A stretch of 64,000 nt of DNA from a virus: positions 22,857 through 86,856 of IMG/VR virus record IMGVR_UViG_3300017917_001903, one strand, 5' to 3'. This document shows, piece by piece, positions 27,950 through 36,418 of this stretch (position 1 is its first letter; the number at the start of each line of letters is the position of its first letter). The notes under the pieces are model-generated. The model worked only from the letters and a program-made list of their open reading frames with translations. It did no database searches and was not told the DNA's origin. Made by a program: the position numbers and the translations under genes.

Positions 27950-27987
27950 AGTCACTAATATATATCTTTAGCCACAGGATAGTAACA

Positions 27988-28653
27988 TTATTCTAGGCTA
28001 TTATAAATTTGAAAATCTAGATCATAAAACTTGTATATGCGATCTAGTGTATGTGCAGGTAGTTCAGGCAAAGTAACTGCGGATGATCTCAGAGAGTAAC
28101 TTGAGAAGTCGTCAACGCTGTCAATGTTATAGTAGCCTGCAATAGATTTTACCATATTCTTTATATCATGATATTTATAAATCTTATTAATACGCTGCCC
28201 ATTAAATAATAGCCAGTTTGACTGTGGATACAATTTGTCAAAGACAATGTCTGAGTAAACAATGTATTCTAAAAACTGTTGTTGCTTTTTAGGACTACTA
28301 ACCTCAACTTTATAAAAATTATGTAACTGCCTGCAAAAACTTTTAAAGCGGTCTACTGGATCTCTGCATATTGCATATATGCTGTAATCCTGCCAATTGT
28401 GCTCTAACATGCCGTGTGCAATTATCTGCGGCAGAGTAAGATGCTGTGTATCAACATTGTTTATATTGTTGATATTTTTTGAGGGTAGCAGAAGATCTTC
28501 TACGTTTAAAGTACCAACAGAATCTGCTTCGAGTCCTGCATGGATAATGCTATCTTCTAAATTAAGTCGATCGTGAATATACGATGTTACTGAAGTTGAA
28601 CCAGTTCTGGGTACTCTTAAGTAAATGTACTTGTGTTTGTTACTGATAATCAT
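27988..28653 (-). CDS. Sulfotransferase family protein
   Basis: YLRVPRTGSTS (5'-PAPS loop), RDPVDRFKS, PQ, YDLDF. Confidence 0.8.
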   Translation of the reverse strand: MIISNKHKYIYLRVPRTGSTSVTSYIHDRLNLEDSIIHAGLEADSVGTLNVEDLLLPSKNINNINNVDTQHLTLPQIIAHGMLEHNWQDYSIYAICRDPVDRFKSFCRQLHNFYKVEVSSPKKQQQFLEYIVYSDIVFDKLYPQSNWLLFNGQRINKIYKYHDIKNMVKSIAGYYNIDSVDDFSSYSLRSSAVTLPELPAHTLDRIYKFYDLDFQIYNSLE

Positions 28654-28669
28654 TTACTATTCTTAGAAC

Positions 28670-28745
<76 letters not shown>

Positions 28746-28751
28746 ATACAT

Positions 28752-29378
28752 TTATTTATCCTTGGTAAATATTCGCCAATCGAAAACTTTGGGCAACTCT
28801 TTGTATTTAAATTTTGGTACTATATGATCGCATACAAAACCAACTGTTGCTAACTTAGATTCTTCTTCACACATGTACGGATAAATTTTTGCGTAGTCAT
28901 TGGAATTATTTTCAGCGATCCAAGTAGTATCATCAAACACTATCATTCCATTTGGTTTAAGCAATTGATCTATCAATACAAATGCTAGTGCTGTATTATG
29001 AAAATCATGGCCGCCATCTATATAACAAAAATCAAAAATGGGTCCATCGTTATCTTTTATTAGTTTACCAAGTTCCCAATTAAAACTTTTTTCTGCTACT
29101 GTTTTTGTAACAAACTCTTCTAGATTAAAGAACTTTAATAGCTCGTCAACGTTAGGCTTTACTTGATTTTGTACTTTATCAAATGTATGTAAAGTACCAA
29201 ATCCTTGCTCTTTTAATATTGCAGCGAGATAAGACGTACTCTTTCCATGATAATAACCTAGTTCACATAAACTGCTAAAACCATTAGAGAGTATTATGTC
29301 ACGCAAGTATAGTGCATGATCATGAGTCATGTAGTTAAGATTAATACATTTTCTAGATATTTGATTTATTAACAACAT
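28752..29378 (-). CDS. Class I SAM methyltransferase (Methyltransf_24-like)
   Basis: ELGYYHGKST, FDFCYIDGGH, LKPNGMIVFDD. Confidence 0.82.
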   Translation of the reverse strand: MLLINQISRKCINLNYMTHDHALYLRDIILSNGFSSLCELGYYHGKSTSYLAAILKEQGFGTLHTFDKVQNQVKPNVDELLKFFNLEEFVTKTVAEKSFNWELGKLIKDNDGPIFDFCYIDGGHDFHNTALAFVLIDQLLKPNGMIVFDDTTWIAENNSNDYAKIYPYMCEEESKLATVGFVCDHIVPKFKYKELPKVFDWRIFTKDK

Positions 29379-29432
29379 GTCTCAGGTTTTAAAAACATCA
29401 GCGCACATAAGTACGCTGACGTAATATAGTTA

Positions 29433-29687
29433 TTAAGATTTCTTAATTTCTTTTTGACAATCTGAAAACAAATAAGCCCTAGCTGTTCTCATCTCAGCTT
29501 CGCTAAGAACATTATCATTATCTTTGTCTGCAAGCTCAAACAACTGTTTAGATACTTTGCATTTTGATACGAGCTCTACATAGTTTACATGTAGATCTTT
29601 GTCAATATCAAACTTTTTAACTCTTTCGGCTGCATCTACTGTCATAGATGACAGTCCAACTATTACTACTGCTAATAAACGGTACAT
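29433..29687 (-). CDS. Secreted EF-hand protein
   Basis: Signal peptide; DIDKDLHVNYVE and DKDNDNVLSEAE loops. Confidence 0.7.
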   Translation of the reverse strand: MYRLLAVVIVGLSSMTVDAAERVKKFDIDKDLHVNYVELVSKCKVSKQLFELADKDNDNVLSEAEMRTARAYLFSDCQKEIKKS

Positions 29688-29765
29688 AAAATTACCTGCT
29701 ATCTTGCTTAACCCCTGTACAGGTTATGTACAGGATAGCAGGTAATATTTATGACTACTATGCAG

Positions 29766-30275
29766 TTATCCTACTAGAACTTTGCACACGCTGTTCATAA
29801 CACTAGCAATGCGACCAATGTCTTTTAGCTGATCTAAACTATAACCAGCTTCCTTAAGTGTATTAAAGTGACTCTTTACACAGAAGTGACACTTGCCCAC
29901 AATGCTAGCTGCTAGGCTGTAGGCTTCAAAGTTTTCCTTTGAAGTACCACCATGTGTAGCAATAGCATTCATACGCAGTCCAGGACTCATGCCTTTGAAC
30001 GCATCATCAACCATTTCATTATATGGGTACCAAATGTTATTTTGAGCCATGATACTAGCTGCTGTCATAGCAGCGTCGCGCTCTTGCTCGTTGGTCATAC
30101 CACCTAAGATAATGCCAACGATCTTTCCGTTGCCTGTAGCAACTGCGGCAGCTAACGCACAACCTTCTGCAACAACTGGATCTAAACTTGAACGTAATAG
30201 TACACCATCCAAATTTAGTCTAGTATCTTTTGCGTAGTCGGGTAGAGCCAACTTAAACCCTTCTATCCAATTCAT
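29766..30275 (-). CDS. ahpD: Alkyl hydroperoxide reductase AhpD
   Basis: LPDYAKDTRLNL, MAQNNIWY, SIVGKCHFCVKSH. Confidence 0.92.
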   Translation of the reverse strand: MNWIEGFKLALPDYAKDTRLNLDGVLLRSSLDPVVAEGCALAAAVATGNGKIVGIILGGMTNEQERDAAMTAASIMAQNNIWYPYNEMVDDAFKGMSPGLRMNAIATHGGTSKENFEAYSLAASIVGKCHFCVKSHFNTLKEAGYSLDQLKDIGRIASVMNSVCKVLVG

Positions 30276-30865
30276 ATTGTTTCTCCTATAGGGGCATGTT
30301 CCATAAATGCCTCCTTGACAAACGGCTCGTTAACCATCATCTGAATAGCAACAATAACTAACACGGCTGCACCAACCCAAATAGTCTTTGGCCAACGCAA
30401 CATGATCTTAGATACCATTGTACTACCAAACAAGATGATTGGTACACTAACCAATAATCCAAATATAATCAACCACCAGTTACCACCTGCGGCACCAGCA
30501 ATAGCCAGTGCATTGTCTAATCCCATGACAGCGTCGGCCCAAACGATAGTACCCATAGCACCCCAGAAGGTACTTGCGGCTGTGACATTGTGTTCACCAT
30601 CTTCTGTGGTTACTAACTTGTAAGCAATGTATAACAATGCAATGCCACCAACAAGTCTAAGTCCAGGAATCATTAGCAAGTAAGTCAATGCCGCAACACT
30701 TAAGAAGCGAACAGCAACAGCACCAAATGTTCCCCAGAGCATAGCCTTGCGGCGCAACTCCGGTGGTAGCTTGTTAGCCGCCATAGCAATAACCAAAGCG
30801 TTCTCGCCGCCAAGCACCACATCAATTAAAATGATGGCTCCAAGAGCCCAGAGTAGTTCTAGCAT
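30272..30865 (-). CDS. TerC/YjbE family membrane protein
   Basis: IDVVLGGENALVIA, ADAVMGLDNALAIAGAA. Confidence 0.88.
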   Translation of the reverse strand: MLELLWALGAIILIDVVLGGENALVIAMAANKLPPELRRKAMLWGTFGAVAVRFLSVAALTYLLMIPGLRLVGGIALLYIAYKLVTTEDGEHNVTAASTFWGAMGTIVWADAVMGLDNALAIAGAAGGNWWLIIFGLLVSVPIILFGSTMVSKIMLRWPKTIWVGAAVLVIVAIQMMVNEPFVKEAFMEHAPIGETI

Positions 30866-31410
30866 TATAGTGTATCACCACCAATTGGACGGCTGCATGG
30901 GCATAGTTCGCCTGTCTGTAGTGCATCTAAAACACGAAGTGTTTCTTCAGGGCTACGACCAACGTCTAGATTGTTAACAGTTACGTGCTGGATAACATTG
31001 TCTGGGTCAACAATGAATGTTGCACGAAGTGCGGCGCCAGCTGGTGCATAGAAAATGCCTAGCTGATTAGCAAGACTTAATTCGTCACGAGCAACGTCTG
31101 CAAACATCCAACTGTTTGTCTTCTTTAGATCTTCATGGGCTGCACGCCAAGCTAGCTTACAGAACTCGTTGTCTGTGCTGCCAACTAATAGTACCGCGTC
31201 GCGATCAGCAAAGTCACGGTTGAGCTTGTCGTAGGCTACAATTTCTGTTGGGCATACGAAAGTAAAGTCCTTTGGATAGAACACAATTACCTTCCACTTA
31301 CCTTCAAAGCTCTTTTCTGTGATGGTCTCAAAAGCACCATCTGGTGTTAGTGCGCCTGGCTTAACACCTGTTACTGCAAAAGTTTCAATTTTATCACCAA
31401 CTGTTTTCAT
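30865..31410 (-). CDS. ahpC: Peroxiredoxin AhpC
   Basis: FYPKDFTFVCPTE, RATFIVDP, GRSPEE, LCPC. Confidence 0.95.
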   Translation of the reverse strand: MKTVGDKIETFAVTGVKPGALTPDGAFETITEKSFEGKWKVIVFYPKDFTFVCPTEIVAYDKLNRDFADRDAVLLVGSTDNEFCKLAWRAAHEDLKKTNSWMFADVARDELSLANQLGIFYAPAGAALRATFIVDPDNVIQHVTVNNLDVGRSPEETLRVLDALQTGELCPCSRPIGGDTL

Positions 31411-31421
31411 TTAGTTTCTCC

Positions 31422-31769
31422 TTAATGTTTCTGTGCCTTACAATTCGGACAGATCAGTACCAGGTTTTCCTCGGCACTGTTGTGAGTATTGCCATCAGCA
31501 TAATCAATCGCTAATGGTATTTCCTTTCCGTTATGCGTTCTACTGCCACAGACTTGACAACTATGGCCTCTGACCTCAATGAGATATTTCTTAACCCATT
31601 CAGGTACCTGTCTCCACGCTGTAGTTTCAGGATGCTGTTTCCATTCGTTAACTAATAGTCTGCTACGATGTTGCTGTTGGCAACTGTTGTTACAGTATTT
31701 GTTAGTATAACTGTGTCCTTTAACTGGGTTATTCTTACCACAGTTTAGACAGGTAAAGCAAGCGTTCAT
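31422..31769 (-). CDS. HNH/zinc-finger protein (HNH site appears degenerate)
   Basis: CLNC..YCNNSC; CQVC...IDYADGN...NLVLICPNC. Confidence 0.65.
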   Translation of the reverse strand: MNACFTCLNCGKNNPVKGHSYTNKYCNNSCQQQHRSRLLVNEWKQHPETTAWRQVPEWVKKYLIEVRGHSCQVCGSRTHNGKEIPLAIDYADGNTHNSAEENLVLICPNCKAQKH

Positions 31770-31918
31770 TGTGTCCTCTTTGTGTGCAGTAGAGCATATC
31801 GTAAAGCACTCTATATGTATTTATTGCTCTACAACAATATCAGCGAATAAAGTGGCAAATTTTAGTCAAAAAAATAGGGTACGAAGACCCTATTTTCTTT
31901 TTGTAGCGTTGGTATTGG

Positions 31919-32533
31919 TTATGCTAACCAACTAGCATACTTTTTAGTTTTTTCAGCACGATCGTCTAAACCGTGTGTTCCACCATTGATGCGCTTTGTT
32001 AGCTCTAGGATAGCGGCATCGTTTACACCTTTATCACAGATAGCCCATAGCTTATTTGTTTCAAAGAAGAACATAGCACTTTCAAAAGCATACTTAGATG
32101 CAACAACATCTGGATTAGTCATTACTTCTGGATCACCGATGTATTTTGAAAACGCTTCGTAGTTGCTCTTACCTGTTAGCTGAATAGCACCTCGGCCGCG
32201 GAACTTGTAACCATCGCCTGATGCTTCCGGACCATTGCCCATTCTGCCACCGTATACACGGTTAGCAATCATTTCTGGCTTACGCTCATACTTAGCGGCT
32301 GTAGCGGCATCTGGAAAATACTTCTTAAAGATACCTAGTAAGCCTTGTGCGCCGTAGTTTAGGTTTTCGTTGAATGTTTTAAATCCGCCCGACTCATGAG
32401 CGCACTGTGCAAAGAAGTGTGCTGCTCTAGCATCACTTAGTTTGTAAAATGCTTGTGCAGCCTTTAGTGTACCAGGACCCCAAGCACCATCTGCTGTAGC
32501 ACCAACTTTTTCTTGTAGAATTTTTACTGACAT
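31919..32533 (-). CDS. GH19 endolysin with short PG-binding N-terminus
   Basis: ADGAWGPGT; AQCAHESGGF, ENLNY, FRGRGAIQLTG, TKRINGG. Confidence 0.9.
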   Translation of the reverse strand: MSVKILQEKVGATADGAWGPGTLKAAQAFYKLSDARAAHFFAQCAHESGGFKTFNENLNYGAQGLLGIFKKYFPDAATAAKYERKPEMIANRVYGGRMGNGPEASGDGYKFRGRGAIQLTGKSNYEAFSKYIGDPEVMTNPDVVASKYAFESAMFFFETNKLWAICDKGVNDAAILELTKRINGGTHGLDDRAEKTKKYASWLA

Positions 32534-32542
32534 ATGTGCTCC

Positions 32543-33043
32543 TTATAGCTTTTTCCAAGCATCTGTAGCATCAAAGTCATTGGTTGGTAGATACTTAGTT
32601 GATGAACCGTCTTTCTTAGCGATTAGTTTTTGTTTACGGTTTCCACCACCCTTCTTAATAGATGCGTGTACCCACCCCGAGTTCTTATCACCCTCTACAT
32701 AAAATTCTAGGATAACTTGGTCAAACTCTAGGTTTTCAGAAACCCAGTCTGCAACAACCTTGTTGCTGATGCCTTGGATTTCAAAGTCAACAGCTTCACC
32801 GTTAACGTGCTGACTTGTTGTTGAACCACCAACTGCCTTGTTTAATGCTGGGCAGCGATAGCTTGAATTGATTGTTATTGGTTTACCAAAATGAGCGCGA
32901 GCTGGCTCAAGGATCTTCTCGCAAACATAACGCATGTTTTCGAGGTGTTCAGGTGTGGGTGTGTTTGCAATACCCTTAGCTTTTGCTGTTGGGCTTGCTG
33001 TAAGCTCTTCAACTGTGAAGTGTTCAGTTAATTTTGTAGCCAT
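32543..33043 (-). CDS. Peptidase M15A (Zn peptidoglycan peptidase)
   Basis: INSSYRCPALN..VGG...SQH..GEAVD, WVHAS. Confidence 0.88.
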   Translation of the reverse strand: MATKLTEHFTVEELTASPTAKAKGIANTPTPEHLENMRYVCEKILEPARAHFGKPITINSSYRCPALNKAVGGSTTSQHVNGEAVDFEIQGISNKVVADWVSENLEFDQVILEFYVEGDKNSGWVHASIKKGGGNRKQKLIAKKDGSSTKYLPTNDFDATDAWKKL

Positions 33044-33104
33044 TGTGTTTCCTTCCTGCTAGTGTTTATATACACTATTTATGAAAAGAAACACCAAAAA
33101 TAAG

Positions 33105-33198
33105 TACTCGGTTTATCTCCGTCCGGTCGACACGGACTTGATCCTACTCATTGCCATCGCTGTGCGACAAACCTTACACCGAAAGGTAGGGCGGCAAA
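33105..33198. ncRNA. Candidate structured RNA directly 3' of tRNA-Thr
   Basis: TTGCC/GGCAA, ACC-TTTC-GGT, GTCGC/GCGAT and GTCCG/CGGAC stems; possible GGTTT/AAACC pseudoknot. Confidence 0.45.
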
Positions 33199-33201
33199 TT
33201 C

Positions 33202-33277
33202 TGGTGCCCTCACCATGATTCGAACACGGGACCTACTGATTACAAATCAGTTGCTCTACCAGCTGAGCTATAAGGGC
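33202..33277 (-). tRNA. tRNA-Thr (UGU)
   Basis: GCCCTTA...ACTGATTTGTAATCAGT...TGAGGGCACCA. Confidence 0.95.
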
Positions 33278-33357
33278 GATGCATTATTTATTGGTTAGCT
33301 ATATAAAGAATAAAAAAATAGGCCATATGGCCTATTTGTTTTGCAAGTCAAAAAGTA

Positions 33358-33528
33358 TTACTTGCTTTCGTATGGTTTCTTGCTTACGAAATCATTTAGC
33401 TTTTCGGCTTCTTTAATAACATCTTCTGTGCTTGGCATATCTTCTGGATTTTTAGCACGGGCTTGCAAAATTTCTTTTGCTTCACGCACCAAGTCCAAGC
33501 GGATTTCATATGGTGTTTTATTTGACAT
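33358..33528 (-). CDS. Small phage protein (56 aa), missing from ORF track
   Basis: MSNKTPYEIRLDLVREAKEIL...PSTEDVIKEAEKLNDFVS; AAGGA RBS; late promoter at about 33569. Confidence 0.75.
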   Translation of the reverse strand: MSNKTPYEIRLDLVREAKEILQARAKNPEDMPSTEDVIKEAEKLNDFVSKKPYESK

Positions 33529-33606
33529 AACTGTTTAAATCCTTAATACTTTTGGTATTATATAGAAATATTTATCACAAAATGTACTAATCATTAAAAC
33601 AGTATA

Positions 33607-33693
33607 TTGGCACTCTGGCCCAAATGGTAGCGAATCATTTGTTGCCCAGCAGTTCCCGCTGTTGACGCCCTGCCGCGAACGGTCCTAGGGACA
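33607..33693 (-). ncRNA. Candidate late-expressed small structured RNA
   Basis: Follows TATAAATA (33700-33707); CCG-TTCG-CGG, CAGCGG/CTGCTG and CAAATG/CATTTG hairpins; GC-rich; no ORF. Confidence 0.55.
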
Positions 33694-33706
33694 TAATAGT
33701 ATTTAT

Positions 33707-33729
33707 AAAAAAAGGAGCATACGCTCCTT
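33707..33729 (-). terminator. Rho-independent terminator
   Basis: AAGGAGC-GTAT-GCTCCTT followed by a T run. Confidence 0.75.
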
Positions 33730-33733
33730 AATG

Positions 33734-33904
33734 TTACTTCTTACCTTCTTCTTTCTTAGCTTCAGGTTTTTTAGCCTCAAGCTTCTTAGCGTCTTCCTTT
33801 TTGGCTTCCGCTTTAGCTGGTTTAGCTTCTTCTTTCTTAGCGTCCGCTGCAACTGCTGTTACTGCAAATAGTCCTACAAATAATGATGCTAAAATTGCTT
33901 TCAT
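33734..33904 (-). CDS. Secreted Lys/Glu/Ala-repeat peptide (56 aa), missing from ORF track
   Basis: MKAILASLFVGLFAVTAVAA-DAKKEEAKPAKAEAKKEDAKK...; AAGGA RBS; late promoter at about 33951. Confidence 0.72.
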   Translation of the reverse strand: MKAILASLFVGLFAVTAVAADAKKEEAKPAKAEAKKEDAKKLEAKKPEAKKEEGKK

Positions 33905-33973
33905 TTTTATTTTCCTTATTAAAAAGCAGAAGTATTAGTTTCTGCTAATATATTTATAGGGAAATTTTTACAA

Positions 33974-34430
33974 GTGCGATTTTTTCTGTTGCTAGGAAAA
34001 ATCGCAAACCCCGGAGAATTACGCTGCTAGAGCGTAATCACCATATGCAAAGTCATTATCGTTTGCAGTTACTTTTTTTGGCACTTTGCCAGTCAATCAG
34101 TCTCGGCATTCCTATTCCGCGTCAATCGATCCTATTTCAGGCCCATCATAAAAAAACTGCTGCTAGCGCAAGAAAAATAGCAAATGCAAGTAATGCTCTA
34201 CCCCAATACTCTTGGTCGCTTTCATTGGGAATACTGCGACCATAATATTTGTCTACTATCTTGTGCCATTCTGCTAATTCCTTGTCCGAGAGTGTCCCAG
34301 GAAAGTGATAGCCTCTCCAATATAAACGATTCTCTTCCTCAGTCATAGCAATTTCCTTATGGTGGACCTGCCCGGTACTGCCCCGGGGTCTTGCCGCTTT
34401 TATTGTCAGCTGTCAACAACTGATGTATTA
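33974..34430 (-). ncRNA. ssrA: Circularly permuted two-piece tmRNA (acceptor piece about 34360-34430; coding piece about 33974-34144; tag ANDNDFAYGDYALAA at 34019-34066)
   Basis: CCCGG-GGCAGTA-CCGGG-CAGGTCC-ACCA lies upstream of GGGCCTG-AAATAGGATCGA; 7-bp acceptor stem with G3:U70; tag begins GCA AAC GAT AAT and ends ALAA-stop. Confidence 0.92.
34146..34346 (-). CDS. 66-aa C-terminally anchored membrane protein inside the tmRNA intervening segment
   Basis: CCA-TAAGGAAATTGCT-ATG; TGA ends 1 nt before tmRNA G1; C-terminal ALLAFAIFLALAAVFL. Confidence 0.65.
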   Translation of the reverse strand: MTEEENRLYWRGYHFPGTLSDKELAEWHKIVDKYYGRSIPNESDQEYWGRALLAFAIFLALAAVFL

Positions 34431-35044
34431 TTTAGTATTGTAATTACGTCCTCAGCAAATTTATAGTGTGCAAGTTTTCCAGGATGCTCATTGTCTAACG
34501 CTGGAGAAAAATTAAGTGATATATCATTCATAAACACTTTTTCTATTTTAGCTGTAGACCAACTAAATTTAACTATCATTCTCTTAGAAACTAAAAAGTG
34601 TAAAACTTTAATACCACGTTTTTTAAAATGTAAATCAGCATACTCAATTCTAGTATAAAGGTCAACGTTGGCATCATAGTCATCATATAGTGTATAAAAA
34701 TGTTTAGTCGCTGGATCATCTGAATCAGCAGGAATGAAACGTTTAAATTTATTGGTAATGTGTGCATCTGCAGATTGTACAATGCAGGATCGTTCAGGGT
34801 ACGTCCAAAGTATAACCACAATGTCATCATCTTGAAAAGCAAAGTTTTGTATCTTAAAAAGTATCTCTTTATTACTTGCGCCCGGAAAACTTGTGTTTAT
34901 ACATTCTCTTTTAAGATGCTTTGCAACCATAGCTGGCCAAGCAAACGAACTAGGTTTACTAAGAGGCTTTTTTGCAACATGATCCCAACAGTCTGGTAAG
35001 CCGTGACCATATGTTAGACTGCATCCAAAGGTAATTAATCTCAT
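34406..35044 (-). CDS. SGNH/GDSL-like hydrolase-fold protein
   Basis: FGCSLTYG, PGASN, D.EHPG..AH. Confidence 0.65.
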   Translation of the reverse strand: MRLITFGCSLTYGHGLPDCWDHVAKKPLSKPSSFAWPAMVAKHLKRECINTSFPGASNKEILFKIQNFAFQDDDIVVILWTYPERSCIVQSADAHITNKFKRFIPADSDDPATKHFYTLYDDYDANVDLYTRIEYADLHFKKRGIKVLHFLVSKRMIVKFSWSTAKIEKVFMNDISLNFSPALDNEHPGKLAHYKFAEDVITILNNTSVVDS

Positions 35045-35532
35045 GATTTGGTTCTGCTGTACGAATTGAGTTTATATGCCCATGGGTTGATTGCACAACT
35101 CATTCTCTCACCGGCAAACTTTTCAACTGCATGTTGTAAGCCCGGTGAAAATGCTATTAGTCTATTTTGTCTCGGTACTGCCAAGTGAGATTTAGTTACA
35201 AATCGTCCGCCGGACATGTTTTTAATATACGGATAATAAACAATGCTACAAACAGGATGCTTTAATTCTTTAAGATCAGACCATGCTTCTTCATCTTTGT
35301 CAACATGCCAACTTGCTCTAGTATTAACATGCGACCAACATTCATATCCAACAGCTTGACTTAGGTCAAATGTTTTAGATACTATATTGATAATTTTTTC
35401 TAGTGGGAAACTTACTTCGCTGCCGAGGTCTATCCAACTAGAGTTGCCGTTGCTCAACCCTAGAAAAAAGTTTCTAGTTGATTCCATCTCCTCCGGAGAT
35501 AGTACATCGTCAACAACAAGAAAAGTAGTCAT
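35041..35532 (-). CDS. 2OG-Fe(II) oxygenase
   Basis: WHVDKD, PRQNRLIAF...HAV...RMS. Confidence 0.75.
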   Translation of the reverse strand: MTTFLVVDDVLSPEEMESTRNFFLGLSNGNSSWIDLGSEVSFPLEKIINIVSKTFDLSQAVGYECWSHVNTRASWHVDKDEEAWSDLKELKHPVCSIVYYPYIKNMSGGRFVTKSHLAVPRQNRLIAFSPGLQHAVEKFAGERMSCAINPWAYKLNSYSRTKS

Positions 35533-36239
35533 CAGACAAATCTAATCCAGCTACTCATTGGTTGGAGACCCAGTGATCTACGATTGTTAGGATCTTTGAA
35601 TGTCATTAGGAAGTCGCCGGAAATACTGATGCGACGATTTTTAAGCACCTCAGGATCCTTACTAGTGTCATCAATTTCGTATGGTGAATTTGGCGAGATA
35701 GTTGCATGTCGAAGTTTACCAGGAAACATTAGTAAGTTTCCCTCTAGTGCATCAAATGCCGGTGACGAATTAAACTCGTTGCGCTCCAAGACACTTGATT
35801 CGCCAGCATAACTATCTTGAAACAATCCGCTGGTTAAATCATTGAAATGATTGTATGGTGGCAAAAAGACTAACTTGTTACTGTTAGCTGGCACATTCAG
35901 ATAATATACAAACGACAAGTGTGCATCGCTGTGATCGTGTTCTGGTATGTTTGATTTTTCGTTTGAATTCCACCACGACTTGACAAGATGGTAAGCCCAT
36001 ACATTAGGGTCAACTCCTAATTTAGAAACATACTGCTTGGCGCAACTTGCAACAAAGGTATAAAACGGATTGAGTTCTTCAAACTTGTGAAGTACTACTG
36101 TGCCCGATTCATCCTGTGTACCACTGTCGTAGGGCGAGATGTATTTGTCAATGTTTTCAAAAAATATCTTTTTAAAATCGTCGTGATGCTGATAATCATA
36201 ATCACATATTAAAATAGGGAACAGCCCAATTGCATTCAT
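35532..36239 (-). CDS. 2OG-Fe(II) oxygenase (TIGR02466-like)
   Basis: LFP, HDH..AHLSFVYY, EGNLLMFP..LRH, RISISGD. Confidence 0.8.
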   Translation of the reverse strand: MNAIGLFPILICDYDYQHHDDFKKIFFENIDKYISPYDSGTQDESGTVVLHKFEELNPFYTFVASCAKQYVSKLGVDPNVWAYHLVKSWWNSNEKSNIPEHDHSDAHLSFVYYLNVPANSNKLVFLPPYNHFNDLTSGLFQDSYAGESSVLERNEFNSSPAFDALEGNLLMFPGKLRHATISPNSPYEIDDTSKDPEVLKNRRISISGDFLMTFKDPNNRRSLGLQPMSSWIRFV

Positions 36240-36418
36240 GTCTCACCGGTACTTTCAATTTTTGAGATGTGTAAGCAACCGTTAATGACTTCAACGTTTA
36301 ATGTGTCGCCTTCCTTCCATCCTGTGCTATTAATTATTTCAGGAGGGAAAGTTAGTAGTATATTACCGGCGTCACCTTCAATTTCGCTGAATAGATCTTC
36401 AGACAGATAAGTCTTCAT
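36236..36418 (-). CDS. AbrB/MazE-like small protein
   Basis: LLTFPPEII...GWKEGDTL. Confidence 0.6.
   Translation of the reverse strand: MKTYLSEDLFSEIEGDAGNILLTFPPEIINSTGWKEGDTLNVEVINGCLHISKIESTGET

Noticed and set aside
33105-33198. Theta/HDV-like ribozyme or fluoride riboswitch call
   Set aside because: No HDV L3 or J4/2 motif, and only scattered riboswitch-like words; kept as an unassigned RNA.
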